DNA of 63,173 bases, filler included, from Octopus bimaculoides (Eukaryota), in NCBI RefSeq assembly GCF_001194135.2. It is 5 parts of 5 records of this genome, joined end to end, with 100 filler letters (N's around TTAATTAATTAA, not from the genome) between each part and the next. Parts side by side here need not be neighbours in the genome. Positions count along the whole stretch, not along the records: positions 53,640 to 59,638 come from NC_069001.1; positions 59,739 to 63,173 come from NC_068990.1; 3 more parts are not named here. One strand, given 5' to 3'. The stretch's first letter is position 1; the number at the start of each line of letters is the position of its first letter. Of this stretch, positions 56,537-63,173 are shown one piece after another. The notes under the pieces are model-generated. The model saw only the letters and a list, made by a program, of their open reading frames with translations. It was not told the DNA's origin and did no database searches. The position numbers and the translations under genes are program-made.

Positions 56537-56915
56537 AGAGGGTGAAACAAAGAAATTAAGAAAGAAAACAAGAAATGTACCAAGTGAAAGAAAACAATTT
56601 ACTGAGAGAGATAAAAGTAATATGTATACACTCAGTAAAAAAGAGAAGGAAAAAGATGTAGAACACGAGGAATGTAACACAGGCAATTAATGGAGAGGTA
56701 AAGTAGAAAAAGAGTGGGAAAAGTTAAAATTAGGAGGGCAAGAGAAATTAGAAGAGGATGAGAAAAAAAAAGGAAAGAAAAACACAGAGATTACAGTTGC
56801 TAGAGTGAAAGGTCGCAATAATGGAGGTGAAACGATGAGTGGTGTAACAGCTGATGTGTAAAAGGACAATCGCCTCACCACACGCACCAACACACACACA
56901 TACACACACACGCAC

Positions 56916-56948
<33 letters not shown>

Positions 56949-58213
56949 CACACACACATACACACACGCACGCACACACAAATAAAAAATGAATGAGAGA
57001 GAGTGGGAGAAAATGAGATATATAGTTCATGTGGGTGTTGAAATAGGTGTAATGTGTGTTAGATATCTAACGCGTGTATAATAAGTAAACCTGTATAGTG
57101 TAATATTAATACAAATATGTAAATATTATTCCTCACAAGACCTATTTAGGAGAGGCAATTTGCCATAGCAATCAAATACCAGGTAAATTGTGTATTTACT
57201 TCCGTCGTACTATATTTCAATTCTTACTGGGAACAAATTATTTTTATTTTCCTTTCGCGTGATGAGAGTTTATTTTCTGACATGTGGAAACATAAAAGAA
57301 TAGTGATCGACGTAAAGAAAACAAATGAAGCTTCTTTGAAATTTAGATAACGTTTTCAGTTCTGTTTTGGATACTTTCGATAGATTAGGGTACTGTCATT
57401 CCGGTGTAGTTGTGATTTTCGGTGTACATAGCGTGATCCATGAAATCAATTTCAGTATATTAGAACTACTTTTGCTATTGACACAAAGGTTATAAAGCCA
57501 GTCGACAATAGCACGAATTGAAATGTGAATTATACTCACCAGATTTGATAACATAAATAGAATCACTGTAACATATTTACTCTCCATATCATGCATGACC
57601 TGATATCTAATTGCCAAGGCCATTAAAGCAATTAATGATCCAGTTAAGAAAAAGACTAATATTCATTTCTATCAATCGCAAGTAACGTGCCACTCGCATC
57701 TATGACTTTGTTAACTCCGCCAAGAAATAAATATTCATTGCTGAAGTAAGATATGCACGATACATTTCAACATCTGAAACTATTGGCAATCAAATATAAT
57801 TCCGATCATACTCTTAATCGGGTTGTTTGAGCATCTATTCTCCACTCTGCTATAAATACACTCGCTTCAGGTGTTCATTGTATGAAAGCCCCAAACCCGA
57901 ATTTGTAATCGTTTTTACCATACACAGACAGACATACATCACACCCATATTCATAGTTAACGGACCACTGAAAATGTCTGTGTGCAGCTGCTGAACTAAC
58001 TTGAAATAGTAGACAGGTCATTCTTCAAATTGCAGAAAACTTTCTTGGAAAAGGAAAGTTATGTGATCTTAGATGCATTATATCTGAAAACAAATCAATA
58101 TCACAATGGCTGAAAAATCTTCCATTATTAGTGAGCTCTATCAGACGACCGATTGTACTAACAGAGCCGACTTTCTTCGTCTTAGGTAAAATAAAAGTGT
58201 ATANNNNNNNNNN

Positions 58214-58271
<58 letters not shown>

Positions 58272-59858
58272 ATACATATACATGTATGTTTGTGCGTATA
58301 TATATATATTTGTGCGTGTGTATTTGGGGATGAAGATAAATAGTTTATTGTAAATTAATCTTTTCAAACGAAACTTTTTGGAAATACCCAGTTGAAAATT
58401 TCTTGAAAGATAACACCAATGATAACTTCGATCTTCGTCTGACCTATGCTCTATGACAAATCGAAACAGTATTATCAATGTACATTCTTGCAAGAAAAGT
58501 ATCATAAAAACTAACTATATGTAGAATGTTGATCTGTCAGAAGAAAATTCAACCACCCTCAATTGTAAGCTGAATATAACGAATCTGAATATGAAGCGAC
58601 TGAATCTCAAACGATAAATTTTTTCTATGTCAAACCAGAATAAATGGCTCCACCAACCTTTCCCATCCACAAGCGACAGTTACATAGTCTTCATTATTCT
58701 TCCCTTGTCCTCTATTTTTACGCAACCACTTTCCCTATCTATACCTAATTCCTATTCACACTACTCCACACATGATAAAAAAATCAGGAAGAACAAATAT
58801 AAACCATAATCTTATGTCAGATGTTTGAACAAAAATTTGCACTAAATATGTGTATGCATATGTAGGTCTACATACTTGTGAATTTGGTACTCTGGCATCA
58901 CCTCGGCAGAGATGACCAAAACAAGTTAAATAAATAATTTTTCAGTCTACCATGCATAATATTTGCACAGAATGACACTATATAGCTAAACCTGTGAATG
59001 TGTTGAAAATCAGCAGGCGCAATTTTAACGGACAGTCTGATAAAATGTTGACAGTGGAACACAGGATCAAATTCATCTGATAAAATTGAACCTGAACAAT
59101 ATTAATAAAACTAGTAATTCCAAATGGGAAGAAGTTCGAAATATCTGCATCAGCATCAATATTTTTATTAAAAAACGTTTTAACAGCCACCCTTCCGATA
59201 TTATTTTAGGAGTGTATCCGTTTAATCTGAAGCACTTAAAAAAGTAAAAGGCAAAACATTATTCAATTGTTTATTCTAAAAGATCTTTAAATTCAAGACT
59301 TTTGTCGAACGTCTTTTTTTCTATAATATCTATAAATCTAGTAATTTTTGTGAAACATCTGTAAATCCAGTATTATCATTCCCATTAGAATTTTATTGTT
59401 GTAAAGCTTTTGCTGTCATTTCTCTTATTTGATGTTAAAAAATGAAAGGTAATAGGCAGGGCAAAAGAAGACACACAGAACAGGGAGCCGCTGAAGAGGT
59501 CACGGAATGTGTGACGAAAGACTTTTAACAGACAAATAAACTAAAATAAAAACAAAAATTAAGAAATGTATTTTCATCTACGGAAAAGAATTTTGATATT
59601 AGAAACTAGATGACAGAAGAAAATTTTTTCTAAAAATTNNNNNNNNNNNNNNNNNNNNNNNNNNNNNNNNNNNNNNNNNNNNTTAATTAATTAANNNNNN
59701 NNNNNNNNNNNNNNNNNNNNNNNNNNNNNNNNNNNNNNGCTAGCATGGAAAGCGGACGTTAAACGATGATGATGATGATGATGATATATATATATATAAA
59801 ATCACATATGAATCGTTGATGATTTTTTTTTCCTCCGGCTTCCTTTGGACTTTCCTCT

Positions 59859-59893
59859 GTTTCTGAAGAAGAGCTTTGCTTGAAACGTAAAAC
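59859..59893 (+). ncRNA. Minimal type-I hammerhead-ribozyme-like motif
   Basis: GTTT-CTGAAGA-A-GAGC TTT GCTT-GAAA-C-GTA-AAAC gives the core CUGANGA/GAAA, a short stem II, a palindromic ACGU stem III, a GUA site and a 4-bp stem I. Activity not shown. Confidence 0.5.
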
Positions 59894-60651
59894 CACCTTT
59901 CTTTCTTTCCCTGAGTGTCTGCTAATACTTTACATGTATCACGTCCTCATGTTGTTTTCTTTTTGTGTTTGTTCGGTTTTTTTTTGGTTTTTTTGATTTA
60001 CTATACATATATATATAGTCAGTGGTTGATATATCTGAATAAGAGGCACACTTAATAAAGTATTAAAGCAGTAATATATTTTTCTAGGAAATTAAAAGTT
60101 ATGACTGTTCATAGAGTGATCACTGGTTCCACACCTATAATAGGCAACTCCAGCCATTTAAGTCTGACAACTCACCTCTACTGCTAAGTGCTCTATAGGT
60201 GCAAACCCAATGGTCACTGTATGACCAGCTATAACTTTTAATTTCCTAAAATACATATATATATATATATATATAAGTGGACAAATGAAAGAAAAAAGCT
60301 CTACACATACACACAGACATGTAAAGCACATGCACACATATACATATAGCTTTTGTAATTTTGTTTTGTCCCATTGTATTATGTTGGTTTCACTTAAAAA
60401 TAAATAATTCATACAGAAGCCTCATCCCTGGGAAATTATTTTATGTCAATATATATATAATGTTAATATTATGATAAGCATATGCTAATATATGTTGTGT
60501 GCAGCTTGATGCATTTCTGAGTATTTGCAACTCAATAAATACACAAAACAAGAAACTATTAAATACCATCATACTTTTTTTTTTATGTCATATTAGGTTA
60601 GTGGAATGAATAGGCTGATTATCAATTAGATAATATTTTGCTTTTCTTGGT

Positions 60652-60870
60652 ATCTTTTACTTGTTTCAGTCGTTAGACTACGACGATGCTGGCACACTGC
60701 CTTGAAAAATTTGACACTGCCTTGAAGAATTTGAATGAATTGACACTAGTACTTTTATTTTAATTTTAAGCCTGGTACTTATTCTATTGGACTCTTTTGC
60801 TGAACTGCTATGTTATGGGGACATAAATGCATCAACATTGGTTGTCAAGTGGTAGTGGGGGACAAACACA
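60652..60870 (-). mobile_element. 3' half of the CORE-like SINE, inverted
   Basis: TTTTACTTGTTTCAGTC..AAGCCTGGTACTTATTCTAT..GGTTGTCAAG..GGGGGACAAACAC. Confidence 0.7.
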
Positions 60871-60872
60871 TC

Positions 60873-60908
<36 letters not shown>

Positions 60909-61054
60909 AGATTACTTTAAGATACATGAGGTATTTGATAAATATGCCTATTCAATTATCATAACAGCATGAAACTGTTAGTAACTCTTTTGGCTGATGG
61001 AATACATTTTCTTGTTGATTCTACCTCTATTGGATCTTTAAGCTATATACATAC

Positions 61055-61120
<66 letters not shown>

Positions 61121-61999
61121 AAAACCAAGTTATTTTATTCCACATGGGTAGAAATATAAGGAAAATAGAAGTTGAAAGTGCACTGAGAATAGTTAAAACA
61201 TTTTTTATTATCATATGTAAAGTTTTAACCAGTTTCACAATTTACACTGATTTTCAAAAGGTTGAAATAGAAAGATGTGACTTATGTTGCAGCTGTCTTG
61301 CTTCTGACTAGTGTTTCAAGCTTGTCCTATTTCTATAGGGAGTTCAAGGCTGAAATTAGCATAAGTTTGGAATAGGACTTGATTGGTTGAGGATAGTCAC
61401 ATGACTAGTTTTAGAAATTTTTGCAGGTTCCCTGCTATGTCCATGTGTTAGTGTCAAGTGACAATGTTTGGCTGACATGCTTGACTGAACATGTCCAAAC
61501 AATGAATGCTCTGAATGTTTTCTGTCAAGTGTTTGTAGAGAATGAACACTTGAGTAAGTTTAGAACCTTTTGTATGTTTCCCTGCTATATCCATGCATTA
61601 GTGTCATGTGACAGTATATTTTGCACCTAAAATGAAAGCCAACATGGTTGAGTGAACATGTTTAGTTACAATCAAGGCACTCCAAATTTGATCTGTCTGG
61701 TGGGAGAGTGGACAGGAGTCATTTGTATGTAGTCCAGTGGCTAAAGCTTAGGTTGTTAGCTGCGTAGCTTCCTCATGATAAGTGGCAGAATGAGTTTTAT
61801 GCATGAATAGTTAGTTGTGTATGTACTCTGTAAGTCTTGGTTTGTATTTTTGTATGGAAATATTTTCTTGTTTATCCATGCTTCATCTGTGGTATTCACT
61901 GAACACAGGTAGCGTGGAAAGGCCTGGAATTTAGGGGACTTATTTTGGACTTATTTCTTGCACATATGTCAATGTGTCCACTCAGTGGAATCTGTCTAG

Positions 62000-62432
62000 T
62001 ACTGGGGTCTCATATTTGTTGTCAGGGAATGGTCAGTGAAAAGCACCATTCAAGTGTGATCATTGCCAGGGTCGCATTACCGGCACATGTGCCAGTGGCA
62101 CGTGAAAAACAACATTCGTGCGTGGTCGCTGCCAGTGCTGCTGGACTAGCTCCCATGCAGATAGCACATAAAAACACCTTTTGAGCGTGGTCCTTGCCAG
62201 AACCGCCTGACTAGCCCTCATGCCGGTGGCACGTAAAAAGCACCCACTACACTCTCAGAGTGGTTGGAAGAGCATCCAGCTGTAGAAGATTAGGAAGAGC
62301 ATCCAGCTGTAGAAACGTTGCCAGATCAGATTGAGCCTGGTGCAGCCTTTGGCTCACTAGTGCTCAATCAAGCTGTCCAACCCATGCCAGCATGGAAAGT
62401 GGACATTAAACGATGATGATGATGATGATGAT
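62000..62432 (+). mobile_element. RTE-type 3' UTR with (GAT)n tail
   Basis: GGCACGTAAAAAGCACCCACTACACTCTC..CATCCAGCTGTAGAA..CCAACCCATGCCAGCATGGAAAGTGGACATTAAACGATGATG matches 3385-3573. Confidence 0.8.
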
Positions 62433-63173
62433 GAATATATATATATATATATATAATGCAACCCATTGCCCGGTCCATGAATCAAAACTACCATCTTATG
62501 GTTATGAGTCCAACACTAAACAATGCATCTCCACACAATCTGATCTGGCCTGGTTTCTATGGTTGGATGTCCTTTCTAATGCCAACCACTTCACATAGGC
62601 TCTTGCAGGCTAATCCCTTTCAGCAGGGCGAGCAGCATTAACTCTTCTACTGTAGAGAACAGATCATCACTAAAAAGATTGGGTTGAATGATCATGGCTG
62701 GAATGCTTTAAATCATGGTTCTGCTTGATTGATTGACCTAAGGCAAAGCAACAACAACAATAAGAGTTTGTTATACCAGCACCAGGCTATTGCTAAGAGT
62801 AAAAACATTTATGTAAAATTTAAGCAAACTAAGAGTGGGGTCAAGTTGGACGAGAGAGAGAGAGAGATAGAGAGAGAAGATGAAAGGGGGAAAGAGATAG
62901 AAAGAGAAAGGGAGAGAGTGTGAGAAGGAGAGGTAAAGGGAGGGTTAGAGAGAGGGAAACAAAGAGAAAGAGAGAGGGGAAAGGGTATGAGATGGAGGGA
63001 TAAAGAGAGGGAGAGAGAAAGAGAAAAAGGGAAAGAGAAAGAGACGAGGAAGAGAGAGGTGGAGTGAGTGAGTGAGAGAAAGAGAGAGAATAAGAGAGAG
63101 ACTTAACAAGCTTTATTCTACTCCTTGAATTCAAGTCAAGCGAGAAATTGGTTGAAAAAGAACATATTTATTC

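Noticed and set aside
57541-57655. Hydrophobic minus-strand segment ending at a GTGAGT donor
   Set aside because: No convincing acceptor, upstream frames are closed and no homologue is recognised.
61410-61670. Degenerate ~150-bp tandem duplication
   Set aside because: Real but unremarkable local duplication with no further structure.

Overview
Eukaryotic, very AT-rich, gap-riddled scaffold made mostly of transposable-element debris and microsatellites. The SINE and LINE-tail families resemble those I recognise from octopus; this is recognition, not a database result. I found no intact host gene, rRNA, tRNA or CRISPR array. Most ORFs in the track are artefacts of microsatellites or N-gaps. 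Supportable content: a decayed hAT transposase with its right TIR, several RTE LINE ends, Penelope-like elements (RT + GIY-YIG), a Helitron fragment, a LINE ORF1, many tRNA-derived SINEs, and foldback/MITE elements. There are also many R4/Dong-like (restriction-like endonuclease, RLE) retrotransposon fragments, many of which abut (TAA)n tracts. The most interesting pattern is this (TAA)n-centred system: several divergent R4/Dong-like families, a covarying 3'-UTR hairpin they share, and a ~550-bp non-coding element using the same target. Other highlights are a LINE ORF1 joined to a SINE head, a foldback element with a telomere-repeat core, and a minimal hammerhead-ribozyme-like motif.
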